Shown in pieces: positions 28,380 through 38,216 of a DNA stretch of 64,000 bases (positions are counted from its first letter, which is position 1; every line of letters begins with the position of its first letter). The stretch comes from an uncultured Acidobacteriota bacterium (GTDB lineage: Bacteria; Acidobacteriota; Vicinamibacteria; Vicinamibacterales; UBA2999), in contig CAWFGB010000004.1 in assembly GCA_963815285.1 (NCBI GenBank), positions 521,440-585,439 of the forward strand, given 5' to 3'. The notes beneath the pieces are model-generated. The model saw nothing but the letters and a program-made list of their open reading frames with translations. It made no database searches and had not been told where the DNA came from. A program made the position numbers and the translations under genes.

Positions 28380-28820
28380 CTACGGCGATGGAACCGGCAT
28401 GGAGTCAATGACCCACGCGCGCTGAATCAAGCCTTCACGCACGAGATACATCCAAGTGGCTTGACGTCGCTCGCCAGGCATGCCCGTGAAGTGCTCCTGG
28501 TCGATGACGAATTGCCCTTCGACGATGCGTGGCTGGACGGTGACGCGAAAGTCGGCGGGCAGAGACTGCAGTTGCCGCGAATAGTGCGCCCGGATGCTGT
28601 CACGCGTCTGGACGATGACCTGACCGCCAGGAAAGCGCGCGAAGATGGCATCCGGGGCGACCAGTGCCGCCATCGCGTCGGCGTTGCGAGCGTTGCCTGC
28701 GTCAATAAAGCGCTGGACGATGACTTCGGGCATCACCACTGGGGACGGAGACGAGGCCTGTTGAGCTCGCGCGCCGCTTGTGATTGCGAGTAAGACCGCG
28801 ACAGTGCCTACGATTCGCAT
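28380..28820 (-). CDS. Secreted SnoaL/NTF2-like fold protein
   Basis: Start at the internal ATG 28820 (MRIVGTVAVLLAITSGARAQ signal). VVQRFIDAGNARNADAMAALVAPDA.. is typical of SnoaL-like domains. Confidence 0.6.
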   Translation of the reverse strand: MRIVGTVAVLLAITSGARAQQASSPSPVVMPEVIVQRFIDAGNARNADAMAALVAPDAIFARFPGGQVIVQTRDSIRAHYSRQLQSLPADFRVTVQPRIVEGQFVIDQEHFTGMPGERRQATWMYLVREGLIQRAWVIDSMPVPSP

Positions 28821-29162
28821 GAAGCTCCTTGCTGGGTTCCGAGCTGCCCTCCGGACATCCGCTTCAGCCGCGGCTCGTAACGATGGCATCGATCGTCGTC
28901 GGCTGCAAGCCCGCGCTGCAACAGCCCGCGCTGCCCAGCGAACGTTGACCACATCGTTTGCAGATCCATCATGACTTCGGGCGCTTGACTGAGCCCGTCG
29001 TGTCCACCTGATCGGACGATAAGGCTGGCGAGGAATGCCGAGCCGGTGGCAATGACTGCCGTCTCGAGAGCCATGGATGAGCACGCGCGATTACACCGGC
29101 GAGGTGCGATGAGCCGGACTCTTGCCCCACAAACAAGGTACGCCTCTTGAATCTCGTCCAAT

Positions 29163-29564
29163 GTGCGGCAGCCTCCACGTCATCACATGTGGCTCATTAC
29201 CGCCGCCATGTTGTTGAGCCTGATCGCACTGAGCGCTGACAAGGCTCAACCGGGTCGCGATCCCAGGCGCGTGGCCTCGCTCGAAGTGTCGGTCACGGCA
29301 TATTGCATCAAAGGCGAGACGGCATCCGGAGTGCGTACACGCCGCGGAATCGTGGCCGCGGATCCGGACGTGCTGCCGCTCGGCACGGTCATTCGTCTCA
29401 GCGGGCTCGAGCGTCACAACGGCCGCTACGTCGTCCGCGACACCGGTCGCGAGATCAAGGGGAACGACGTGGATGTCTTCATGCCCGATTGCGACGCCGC
29501 GAAGGAGTTCGGACGGCAGCATGGGCGTGCCCGCATCGTGAGCGTGGCGAGGCCTACGAGATAG
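29163..29564 (+). CDS. 3D-domain (MltA/RlpA-like double-psi barrel) protein
   Basis: VTAYC..GETASGV..RRGIVAADPDVLPLGT.I......YVVRDTG..IKGN.VDVFM. Confidence 0.7.
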   Translation: MRQPPRHHMWLITAAMLLSLIALSADKAQPGRDPRRVASLEVSVTAYCIKGETASGVRTRRGIVAADPDVLPLGTVIRLSGLERHNGRYVVRDTGREIKGNDVDVFMPDCDAAKEFGRQHGRARIVSVARPTR

Positions 29565-29656
29565 AGCACCCAATCTCGCTTGCCGTGCGCGCGGGATTTC
29601 TCTAGCATCTAAGTCCAGTCGCTCGACGTAGCACCACCCAATGACGGGAGACCATC

Positions 29657-29983
29657 ATGCCTGAGTCGGTGTTGCTCCGCGCCACCACGCTGTGGCAGGA
29701 CGTTCGCTATGCGGCGCGCACGCTCTGCAAGCCGCCCGGCCTCGCCACGACAACGATCGGCATCGGCGCCACCACTGCGATCTTCAGCCTCACGATCGGG
29801 CTTGGTGCGGCCGTGGCGTTTGCGCGCGTGATGCGATCGCTGGTGTTCAACGTCACGCCGCTGGATCCGGTGACTTTCGTGGCGATGCCCTTGCTGCTGG
29901 CGGCGGCAGCCGCGCTGGCCAGCTACCTGCCGTCGCGCCGGGCAGCACTGGTCGATCTGGTCGAGACACTGCGCGCGGAATAG
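29657..29983 (+). pseudogene. In-frame mini-ORF (108 aa) made of the N-terminus/TM1 and the last TM/C-terminus of an ADOP/MacB-type permease
   Basis: LWQDVRYAARTLCKPPG..IGIGATTAIFSL is joined directly to ..MRSLVFNVTPLDPVTFVAMPLLLAAAAALASYLPSRRAALVDLVETLRAE. Compare both ends of the intact 837-aa paralogue at 61080-63593. Confidence 0.7.
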
Positions 29984-30003
29984 GACACAGGTTCGCTGGC
30001 CGA

Positions 30004-30486
30004 ATGGAAGAGCCGAGCCGCTGGAAGTTCTCAGATCCCGCGCTTTTGTGGTTGTTTCCAGCGAGCTACGTGCTCCACTTCGTGGAGGAACTGGCGACAA
30101 CCGCGCCGGTGCTCGTCTGGACGGCAAGCCTGGAGCGTCCGCTCCCTGTCGCGTCCTTCGCCGCGCTGAGCGCGCTGGCGCTCGCGCTGATCAGCGCCGG
30201 CGTAATGCTCGCCCCTCGCGCCGGGCGCTTCCACTGGATTGTGCCCGCACTGGCGACAGCGTTTCTCCTGAATGCTGCTGGACATCTGGCGGGCAGCATC
30301 GCGGGCTCGCGCTACTCCGCCGGACTGGCCACAGCGATCATCGTCTGGCTTCCCCTGTCGCTGCTGGCGCTCGTGCGCGTGGCGGCGCAATCAACCGCGA
30401 AGACGCTGTGGGGTCGTGCGCTCGTCGGCGCTGCCATCGAGTCGGCCGTCGTCGGACTCGTGACGTGGCTCGCCTCTGTCGGCTGA
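30004..30486 (+). CDS. HXXEE-domain integral membrane protein
   Basis: LHFVEEL motif near the N-terminus followed by about four hydrophobic segments. ATG at 30004. Confidence 0.6.
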   Translation: MEEPSRWKFSDPALLWLFPASYVLHFVEELATTAPVLVWTASLERPLPVASFAALSALALALISAGVMLAPRAGRFHWIVPALATAFLLNAAGHLAGSIAGSRYSAGLATAIIVWLPLSLLALVRVAAQSTAKTLWGRALVGAAIESAVVGLVTWLASVG

Positions 30487-30651
30487 ATCGCCTTGCGGCC
30501 GGCCGCGGTTATGGAGATGACGGACCAAATGCCTTCGCGATGAACGCTGCCATTCCACCTGAGCGACGGATAACCCGCCCAGAGTTTTCGCCAACATGGC
30601 GCCGCCGACCAGGCCTGCCCCTCCTCTGGTTGTCTCGACGCCTACAATCGC

Positions 30652-31071
30652 TCAACTCTCGTCGCCACCTCCCGTATACCACCACACACCAGCCGACACC
30701 ATCCCGATGAGCAACGCGCGAAGAGGCGAGAGCACGGTCGATTCGCCGGTGGTGCCGGCCACCAACATCCCAACCGCCAGCCCGATGATCGCACCCGCGG
30801 CGATCGCAATAGACGCGGTGATCCGGACGATGCGGCGCGCGATCAGATAGGCGGGGATAGCAAGAGCCACCGTGATCGCGCCGGCCGTCGGAAGCCCGAG
30901 GAGCACCGCGCCAATACCCATCGCCACGACGTCTGTTCTCCAACGGAGACGGCCATTCATTGCGAGAAGTGCGATCAGCATGAGGACGTACCAGGCGGCC
31001 GCCGCCACGAATGGCACCGACCAGAACGATCGCCACGAACGCCATGACGGGCTCACTTGAGAAGCCGCCAT
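30652..31071 (-). CDS. Small integral membrane protein, unknown function
   Basis: About four hydrophobic segments after MAASQVSPSW. Start chosen at the internal ATG 31071. No family recognised. Confidence 0.4.
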   Translation of the reverse strand: MAASQVSPSWRSWRSFWSVPFVAAAAWYVLMLIALLAMNGRLRWRTDVVAMGIGAVLLGLPTAGAITVALAIPAYLIARRIVRITASIAIAAGAIIGLAVGMLVAGTTGESTVLSPLRALLIGMVSAGVWWYTGGGDES

Positions 31072-31725
31072 AGCCACGTAGCTCGTCGCTCGTGCAGGTT
31101 GGTCATGAGCTCGTCGCCCGGACGCTGGTGCCAGAGAAAGATGCCAATTCGACACGATCAGAATCCTGACGATCGCGTTCGTGTCGTCCACCGTGGCTCG
31201 CCGGTCAGCGGGCATAGATATACGTCGGTTTGTCGCCGCTGGGAAGGGGCATGGAGCTGGTCGGCTTTGCCCTGATTGCGGCTGTGTTTTTGTGCTTGTA
31301 CCAGACCTGGATTCACAGCCTTGTAACAGGCCCCTGGTCGAAGACGCTAGCGGTGATGAGACGCGCTGGCGCTCGATTCGCACGGTCTTTGCGGTGGAGG
31401 TCATTCTCGTCTCCGGTTTCCTTGCTCTCGCGCACGCATTGCTGAACGTTGACTGGGCGCAGGCTAGCGGGTGGGCGCTGACCGGGGCATTGTCAGGAGA
31501 GTTCCTCGGCGTGATCGGCTGTGGCTATGCGCTCGCGTCGGACCAGAGCACCCGACGCTACGCGAGAGTCGATGCCGAGACGCGCGGCTAGATTGCCATG
31601 GGGTCACGAACGCTACCGTTTCGCTGCTGTTTCTACGCGACTGAAAAGTTGGTCTAGTGCGTTGCGGTCCAGGTATCGTCCGCGCAAGGCGACCGACGCG
31701 GCCTGCCTGCTGCTCGCGCTGGCGC

Positions 31726-32631
31726 TCAGCTTCGGGCCAGGCTCCGCACTAGCGCCTGGGCAAAGCGAAGAATCAACGCCAGGCCCTGCTCGCTGACCTT
31801 CTCGGGCGTGTCGTCGGGCGTGTGAATGGTCTTGAGGATCGCCGGCACCGTCTCCTTCGCGAGACCCGCGTTCGGTCCGCCGTTGAGCATCAGCCACAAC
31901 TGGTGCAGTTCGACCGCCGGCAGCAGCGCCACGGAGACGGTGGGCACGCCGGCCTTGACGAAGGAACGGTCGTCGCCCGGCGGCATCTGGGGAAACGCGA
32001 CGCAGGCGATGTCCTGCGCCGCACACGTCTCCGAGAACGAGCGCCGCACGGCGGCGTTGGCGGGCAGCACCGGACCGAAAAGAATTGTGTCGCCGTAGGC
32101 ATTGATGTCGAAGTTGATCATCGCGGCGATGCGGTCGGCGGTATGCTGCTGGACGAATCGCTGCGATCCAATCAGGCCCAGCTCCTCCATGTCGAACCAC
32201 ACCAGCCGCAGCCTGACCGGCAGCGATTCCGCCTGCAGCGCCTCGGCGAGGCGCACCAGCATCACGCTGGAGGCGGCGTTGTCGACGGCCCCCTTGGCGA
32301 GCGACCCGTCCTGAAGCCGCACCGCGTCGTAGTGCGCGCCGATGACGACGTCGCGCGCCCCGTCGCCGATGGTCACCACGACGTTCCGGCCTGCGGTGCG
32401 GGGCTCGCGGCCCATGGGCTTTTCGAGGGCGAAAGTCTCGACGGTGAACTCGAGCTTGCGCGCACGCAGCATGGCGGTGAGCGCTTCGAATCGCTCATCG
32501 TTAGTCGTGGAGGCGGACAGCCGGGCAACGTCCTCGATGGGCGTGGATGCCGCACCGGCCTGGTTATACGCCACCGCGCCGCTGAGAGCCACCGAAAGGC
32601 CGACCGCCGGCAGCCACGCATGTCTGATCAT
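31726..32631 (-). CDS. Secreted M28-family aminopeptidase
   Basis: Only the last 301 aa of the long ORF look real. Signal MIRHAWLPAVGLSVALSGAVA. GAHYDAV.., GA.DNA(A/S)S, WFDMEELGL.GS are M28 metal-ligand motifs. Confidence 0.75.
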   Translation of the reverse strand: MIRHAWLPAVGLSVALSGAVAYNQAGAASTPIEDVARLSASTTNDERFEALTAMLRARKLEFTVETFALEKPMGREPRTAGRNVVVTIGDGARDVVIGAHYDAVRLQDGSLAKGAVDNAASSVMLVRLAEALQAESLPVRLRLVWFDMEELGLIGSQRFVQQHTADRIAAMINFDINAYGDTILFGPVLPANAAVRRSFSETCAAQDIACVAFPQMPPGDDRSFVKAGVPTVSVALLPAVELHQLWLMLNGGPNAGLAKETVPAILKTIHTPDDTPEKVSEQGLALILRFAQALVRSLARS

Positions 32632-32690
32632 GCCGAGGACGATAGGCTGTTGGGTCGGGCGATGCAAGCGCTCGGGTTCCGCCACATCAT

Positions 32691-35642
32691 TCACCGCAAG
32701 CGCTCGCGCAGGAACCGGCCGGTGTGCGAGGCCTTGCACCGGGCGATGTCCTCGGGCGTGCCGGCGATCACCACTTCGCCGCCGGCGTGGCCGCCTTCGG
32801 GTCCGAGATCGATCACGTAGTCGGCGGTCTTGATCACGTCCATGTGGTGCTCGATCAGCAGCACCGAGTGGCCGGCGTCCACTAGCCGGTTCAACGACTC
32901 GAGCAGGCGCTCCACATCGGCCAGGTGCAGGCCGGTGGTCGGCTCGTCGAGGATGTAGACGGTGTGCTTCGAGCGCTGCAGCGTGCTCAGCTCGCTCGCG
33001 ATCTTGACCCGCTGCGCCTCGCCGCCCGACAGCGTTGTCGCCGACTGGCCCAGCGTCAGGTAGCCGAGCCCGAGGTCGTTCAGCACCCCGAGCTTCTTCC
33101 CCACCGCCTGCTCGCCGGCAAAGAACGCCGTCCCCTCCTCGACCGACATCTTCAGCACATCGTCGATGGTCTTGCCGCGGAGGGTCACTTCCAGTGTCTC
33201 GCTGTTGAAGCGCGCGCCCTTGCACGCGCCGCACGTGACTTCGACGTCGGGCATGAAGTAGAGCTGGGTGGTGATCGAGCCCTCGCCTTGGCACTCCTCG
33301 CAGCGGCCGCCCTTGACGTTGAAGCTGAAGCGGCCCGGCTTGTAGCCGCGCTCCACCGACAGCGGCGCCTGCGTGAACAGGTCGCGGATGGCGTCGTAGA
33401 ACCCGACGTAGGTGGCCGGATTCGATCGGCTGTTGCGGCCGATTGCCGACTGGTCGATGCTCACCACTCGGTGGACGTGCTCGATCCCGTCGACCGCGTC
33501 GTGTTCGCCCGGGAGCGCACGCGTGTCGACCAGCCGCTTCCACAGCGCCTTATAGAGAATCTCGTTGACCAGCGTGCTCTTGCCCGATCCCGACGCGCCG
33601 GTAATCGCCAACAACACGCCCAGCGGCAGCCTGACGTCGATCGACTTGAGGTTGTTCTCGCGGGCGCCGCGCACGGTCAGGGCCTTGCCGTTGCCCTTCC
33701 GCCGCTTCGACGGCATGGCAATGGCGCGCTTGCCCGAGAGGAACTGTCCGGTCGGCGACGCCTTGCAGGCCAGCAGCCGGTCGAGCGTCCCCTGCTCCAC
33801 CACGTAGCCGCCGTGCACTCCCGCGCCCGGGCCCATCTCCACGAGGTGGTCGGCGGCGCGAATCGTGTCCTCGTCGTGCTCGACGACGATCACCGTGTTG
33901 CCGATGTCGCGCAGGCGCTCCAGCGTGGCGATCATCTTGACGTTGTCCTTGGGGTGGAGGCCGATGCTCGGCTCGTCGAGCACGTAGAGCATGCCCATCA
34001 GCCCCGATCCGATCTGCGTCGACAGCCGGATGCGCTGTGACTCGCCTCCCGACAGCGTGCTGGAGCGGCGATTGAAGTTCAGGTAATCCAGCCCGATGCC
34101 GAGCAGCAGCTCCACGCGGGCGCGAATCTCTTTGAGCACCTGCCGGCCGGCGTCCGCACCACGGCCCGAGGGCTTCACGGCGCCCAGAAACGCGTGCAGC
34201 TCGTCGAAGTTCATCTGGCCGACGTCGTAAAGGGTCCTGCCGTCGACCGTGAACAGCAGCCGCGTCGGTCGCACCCGCGCCCCGAGGCAGTCCGGGCAGG
34301 TGTGTTCGACCATCACCTTGTCGAGCCACGCCTCCATCCGCGAGTTGGCGTCGCCGCGCTGGCGGTAGCGGCGGTAGTAGCGCTCGATGCGCCGGGCAAT
34401 GCCGCCGAACCCGACTTCGCGGCCGGCGTGCTGTTCGAGCTTGCCCCTGGCCTCGGGCGGCGGCTTGAGGACCAGCTTCCGCGGCTCGATCCCGTACAGA
34501 ATCTGGCGGCGCACGTCCTCGGCCAGGTCCTGCCACGGGGTATCGAGCGAAAAGCCCAAGAGCTCCGCCAGGCTGAACATCAGCGTCCCGTCCCACGTGT
34601 CGGGGTTGTATTTGTACGCTTCGCGGACAAAGCAGCCGCCGCGGATGCTGCGCTTCGTATCGGGGACCAGCAGTTCCGGGTGCGTGAGCTTGTCCACACC
34701 GAGGCCGCCGCAGGTGCGGCAGGCGCTCTCGGGAAGATTGAAGACGAAGAAGTCGGGACTGATGTCGCCGTAGACGAAGCGATGCGTCGGGCTGCACAGG
34801 CCGCCGTAGAACTCGTCCGCCTGCTTCCTGGTCGCGCCCTTGACGACGTGAACCTGCATCAGCCGGTCGCCGACCAGCAGGGCGCTGGCAATCCCCGCCT
34901 TGATCGCCTTTTCGTGCTTGCGGCTGACGATGAAGCGATCGACCACCGCGTCCATGTGCTGCACGGCGCTGGCCTCGAGGGCGATCTGCTCGGAGATGTC
35001 GAGCCGCTTGCCGTCGACAATCAGGGTGCGGCACCCCTGCTTGCGGACCTCGGTGAAGACGGTGTCCAGCTCCTCGCCGTAGATCTTGAACACCGGCGCG
35101 CGCAGCTCGATCTCGGCGCCGTCGGGCAGCTTCAGGATGGCCTCGAGAATCTGGCTCGACGAGCGGCTGGGCGCCGCTTCGCCGCTGCGGGGGCAGTGCG
35201 GCTCGCCCACCGTGGCAAACAGCAGGTTCAGGTAGCTGGCGATGTCGGTCATCGTGCCGACCGTCGAGCGCGGGTTGCTGCCGGTGGTCTTCTGTTCGAT
35301 CGAGATCACCGGCGACAACCCGAAGACGTAGTCGACGTCGGGCTTGGTCACCTGCGCCACGAAGCGCTTCGCGTAGCTGGACAGCGACTCCATGTAGCGC
35401 CGCTGCCCTTCCGCGTAGATGGTGTCGAAGGCCAGGCTCGACTTGCCGGATCCCGAGAGGCCGGTGACCACCACCAGCCGGTCGCGCGGGATCTCCAGTG
35501 AAATGTTCTTCAGGTTGTGGACGCGCGTGCCCTGGACGGCAATGGTGGTTCGTGCCGCCGGCCGGGCGGCGGGCGCCGCCGCGCGACCCGCCGCGGCTTT
35601 TCGCTTGCGGGCCTGCGCAGCCTCGCTAGAGCGTGAGGGCAT
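32691..35642 (-). CDS. UvrA-like ABC ATPase (excinuclease subunit A paralogue or divergent UvrA)
   Basis: Colinear with E. coli UvrA: [72 protein letters not shown]. The first zinc-module CxxC pairs are not conserved ([16 protein letters not shown]). The other modules are intact ([28 protein letters not shown]). Basic Ala/Arg-rich N-terminal extension of 30 aa. Confidence 0.85.
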   Translation of the reverse strand: MPSRSSEAAQARKRKAAAGRAAAPAARPAARTTIAVQGTRVHNLKNISLEIPRDRLVVVTGLSGSGKSSLAFDTIYAEGQRRYMESLSSYAKRFVAQVTKPDVDYVFGLSPVISIEQKTTGSNPRSTVGTMTDIASYLNLLFATVGEPHCPRSGEAAPSRSSSQILEAILKLPDGAEIELRAPVFKIYGEELDTVFTEVRKQGCRTLIVDGKRLDISEQIALEASAVQHMDAVVDRFIVSRKHEKAIKAGIASALLVGDRLMQVHVVKGATRKQADEFYGGLCSPTHRFVYGDISPDFFVFNLPESACRTCGGLGVDKLTHPELLVPDTKRSIRGGCFVREAYKYNPDTWDGTLMFSLAELLGFSLDTPWQDLAEDVRRQILYGIEPRKLVLKPPPEARGKLEQHAGREVGFGGIARRIERYYRRYRQRGDANSRMEAWLDKVMVEHTCPDCLGARVRPTRLLFTVDGRTLYDVGQMNFDELHAFLGAVKPSGRGADAGRQVLKEIRARVELLLGIGLDYLNFNRRSSTLSGGESQRIRLSTQIGSGLMGMLYVLDEPSIGLHPKDNVKMIATLERLRDIGNTVIVVEHDEDTIRAADHLVEMGPGAGVHGGYVVEQGTLDRLLACKASPTGQFLSGKRAIAMPSKRRKGNGKALTVRGARENNLKSIDVRLPLGVLLAITGASGSGKSTLVNEILYKALWKRLVDTRALPGEHDAVDGIEHVHRVVSIDQSAIGRNSRSNPATYVGFYDAIRDLFTQAPLSVERGYKPGRFSFNVKGGRCEECQGEGSITTQLYFMPDVEVTCGACKGARFNSETLEVTLRGKTIDDVLKMSVEEGTAFFAGEQAVGKKLGVLNDLGLGYLTLGQSATTLSGGEAQRVKIASELSTLQRSKHTVYILDEPTTGLHLADVERLLESLNRLVDAGHSVLLIEHHMDVIKTADYVIDLGPEGGHAGGEVVIAGTPEDIARCKASHTGRFLRERLR

Positions 35643-36570
35643 AGAACGCCAGCTCCTGCACCTGGAGGTTGCTCCGCTTCGTCAGGCGGACTGGCGTGGC
35701 CGCTCTGCCGATCAGGCCGCGATCGGCGAGGTACTCGCACGCGATCGGCACGCCGCTGACGTCGAAGGCTTTCTTGAAATGGTGTTCGATGTCCTGGCAG
35801 CTGCGCGCCTCGCCGGCGTCGCTCAGGTAGTCGATGACGGGGGCAAACAGCGACGCCGCGCGATCGGCCAGGTAGCGGTCCACCGCGTTCAGCGCTCCTC
35901 GTACGCGCGCTTCGGTCTTCGCGGTGTTCAGCAAGTCGGTATAGATGGTCTTGAAGAACGCCGGGTTCAACGCCAGCGCCTGCTGGATTACCTCACGGTC
36001 GACGAGGCGGCCGGCGGCGATCACCTCGATCTGCGCCAGCGGCGTCGCGGTGTAGAGCAGCCAGAGCGCCGTGTAGTCGAGGTCGCCGCGGGTCACCAGC
36101 CACTTGCGGGCCTTGTCGATCGGACCCAGCGTGGAGGTCGCGGCCCGCAGCGACTGCAGCGCCGCATCCCGCGTGCCGATCGTCTGGAGCCGAGCGCACA
36201 GATCCGCAATCGACTGATCGTGGGTGTAGAGCAGCCGGCCCTTCGCCAGGAACGAGTGCATGAACGAGTGGTGAATCGACCCTTCGACCATCCGGCGAAA
36301 CCCGACCCGCGGCACGAGCATCGCGTGCACGTTGACGCCGTCGGCATCGAGCGCCAGCCCGGACGGCTCGGCGCTGTTGTCATCGACCGTGATCAGCACC
36401 AGATCGATGTCCGATTTGGCCCACACCAGGTCGTGCGACAGGCTGCCGCCGAGAATGGCCGCCAGCACGGAGCGATCGGCCTTGATCTGCTCGATCAACC
36501 CGTCGAGTGCGGCGGCGAACTTCTGCTGGACGTCCGGCTGGTTGGCCATGAGCGGTGTGCCGCGCAGCAT
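35626..36570 (-). CDS. Pol-beta-superfamily nucleotidyltransferase with a helical middle domain and a C-terminal winged-helix-like domain
   Basis: [20 protein letters not shown] is the G(G/S)-x9-13-DxD NTase signature. The C-terminal 60 aa (..[33 protein letters not shown]) look wHTH-like. The 3' end overlaps the uvrA-like start by 17 nt. Confidence 0.65.
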   Translation of the reverse strand: MLRGTPLMANQPDVQQKFAAALDGLIEQIKADRSVLAAILGGSLSHDLVWAKSDIDLVLITVDDNSAEPSGLALDADGVNVHAMLVPRVGFRRMVEGSIHHSFMHSFLAKGRLLYTHDQSIADLCARLQTIGTRDAALQSLRAATSTLGPIDKARKWLVTRGDLDYTALWLLYTATPLAQIEVIAAGRLVDREVIQQALALNPAFFKTIYTDLLNTAKTEARVRGALNAVDRYLADRAASLFAPVIDYLSDAGEARSCQDIEHHFKKAFDVSGVPIACEYLADRGLIGRAATPVRLTKRSNLQVQELAFYALTL

Positions 36571-36882
36571 AGCTACGGCCCGCGTCCCGGAGCAAGTGGC
36601 GAGGCTCCGCCTGAGACGGCGAGCCAGCCAACAAGACGGATGCTGATCTCACTACCCAGTGCCACCGCGTAACGGGTGCGAAGAAGGCCCGCCGCGGCCG
36701 GCGCTCGTTGTCATGCCGGCACATCGCATCGCCCTTCGATCGCGGACTCCTGCTCACGTGCCGGGGCTGATGCAGGCGGCAGATCGAAGATAACAGGAGG
36801 CGCAAAAATCTCGGGTTGATCGCTGGGCACTGTTGCTAAGAACGAGCCGGCTCGATATCCCAGACGGAGGTTTGGCGCTTCA

Positions 36883-38019
36883 ATGAAGATCCGTAAATCT
36901 GGTGTCCGTCTTGGTGCAAGAGCGCGCAAGCTGACCGCTCTAATCTGTTGGCTGTGGCTCGTGTCTGCGGTTTCGGCGACTGCACAGACGACTCTAGCCG
37001 TCCCGGCCGAGCCTGCCAACCCTGGTGCCGGTGTATCCGTTACGATCACGGGGCAGCCCGGTGAGTTTTATGTGCTCGCCGGTAGCTCGATGCGATCAGG
37101 AATGTTCCACGGCGGCGTTGCGCTGGAGATTGGACCTGACTATGTAATTCTCGCGCAGGGCGTCCTGGACCAGACAGGAACAATTGTTGTGAACGTGGTC
37201 CCGCCCTTCATGACGACATCGCTCGACCGTTACTACCTGCAGGCGGCGACGTCACCGAACGCGGATTATCTGCCGCCCCAGGTGTCGCCAGGGCGCTTGA
37301 TTCTCAATGCGGACATTTCAGGCAACGGCCCCGCAGGACCTGCCGGCTCGGAAGGACCGCAAGGACCGGTCGGACCCGCTGGCCCCGAAGGCCCAGTAGG
37401 CCCTGCCGGTGCAGCTGGATCCGCAGGCCCGGCAGGCGCACAGGGGCCGCAAGGACTTCAAGGCCCCGCAGGGGCCGCCGGACAGCAAGGTCTTCAGGGT
37501 GTTCCTGGATCTCAGGGACCGCAGGGGCTCGTTGGCCCGACCGGACCCGATGGCCCGCAAGGTCCGATCGGTCCCATCGGACCGCAAGGCCCGATCGGCC
37601 CTATCGGGCCGCAGGGGCCAATCGGTCCGCAGGGACCCTCAGGGGATAGCACGGCGACGTTCTCGTATCTCCCTGGAGTGGTGGCGGTCAGCACAGCTCC
37701 CGATCCCGCCGTTGTCGTCAACACAGTGACTCTTCCGGCGGGTTCATACGTATTCACTGGCAAGGCGTCCCTGACCAAGACCGGGGGTCCCGGGACCGAC
37801 GTGACGTGCACGATCCAGAACACGACGTCGGCGCAGGAATGGGATACGACGACGGTGAATGTGACCAGCGCTCGTCCAGACGAGGCGGTGGTTCACTACG
37901 CCGCGACGCTCAGTGGCACTGGCCCGTTCACGATCGATATGCTGTGCGTGGCAGGCGGCGCGAACATCAACGCGGCGAGCCGCGCGCTCTCGGCGATTCG
38001 AGTCGGAACGCTTCAGTAG
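36883..38019 (+). CDS. Secreted bacterial collagen-like protein: N-terminal domain, 36 uninterrupted Gly-X-Y triplets, C-terminal globular domain
   Basis: Signal-like [35 protein letters not shown]....[17 protein letters not shown] lies 12 nt upstream of the ATG. Confidence 0.85.
   Translation: MKIRKSGVRLGARARKLTALICWLWLVSAVSATAQTTLAVPAEPANPGAGVSVTITGQPGEFYVLAGSSMRSGMFHGGVALEIGPDYVILAQGVLDQTGTIVVNVVPPFMTTSLDRYYLQAATSPNADYLPPQVSPGRLILNADISGNGPAGPAGSEGPQGPVGPAGPEGPVGPAGAAGSAGPAGAQGPQGLQGPAGAAGQQGLQGVPGSQGPQGLVGPTGPDGPQGPIGPIGPQGPIGPIGPQGPIGPQGPSGDSTATFSYLPGVVAVSTAPDPAVVVNTVTLPAGSYVFTGKASLTKTGGPGTDVTCTIQNTTSAQEWDTTTVNVTSARPDEAVVHYAATLSGTGPFTIDMLCVAGGANINAASRALSAIRVGTLQ
37327..37650 (+). repeat. 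Collagen (Gly-X-Y)x36 coding repeat
   Basis: 324 nt counted directly as 36 consecutive GXY triplets, with sub-repeats GPIGPIGPQ at the 3' end. Confidence 0.9.
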
Positions 38020-38150
38020 TAGCGCGTTCGGAAAGCGTCACGAGCGTCCCGAACGTGATCGGCGGCGGAGGAGCATCGGTCGCGACGCGACCGGTTCCTC
38101 CGCTTCCGTTCTCTCCTCAACGGTGTCGGGTTTCGATGTTCGCCACGCAA

Positions 38151-38171
38151 GACGATAAGCCGTATTAGGGC
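38151..38171 (+). repeat. 21-nt core motif copy D (GACGATAAGCCGTATTAGGGC)
   Basis: Read directly. In frame it encodes ..QDDKPY-stop, and is preceded by GGASVATRPVPPLPFSPQ.., which resembles the wHTH-FHA tail (LGSVTVTYRTAEPLPST..). Confidence 0.7.
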
Positions 38172-38216
38172 TCTCCGACATCAGTCGAGCACGCGGGTGA
38201 GCAGTCCCTGATCTCA

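Noticed and set aside
31181-31591. A 136-aa plus-strand ORF whose last 70 aa look like two transmembrane helices (VEVILVSGFLALAHALL..GWALTGALSGEFLGVIGCGYAL).
   Set aside because: There is no convincing start or RBS and no family resemblance. The first half overlaps the opposite-strand ORF-track frame 30652-31404, whose membrane-protein start I placed downstream at 31071. I left it unannotated, though a small membrane protein cannot be excluded.
37327-37650. Periodic repeats in the collagen region and in the FN3 region (59939-60505) considered as possible CRISPR or other non-coding arrays.
   Set aside because: The periodicity is 9 nt (GXY triplets) or about 290 nt (protein modules), inside long open reading frames with signal peptides. 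No repeat-spacer structure is present anywhere in the window.
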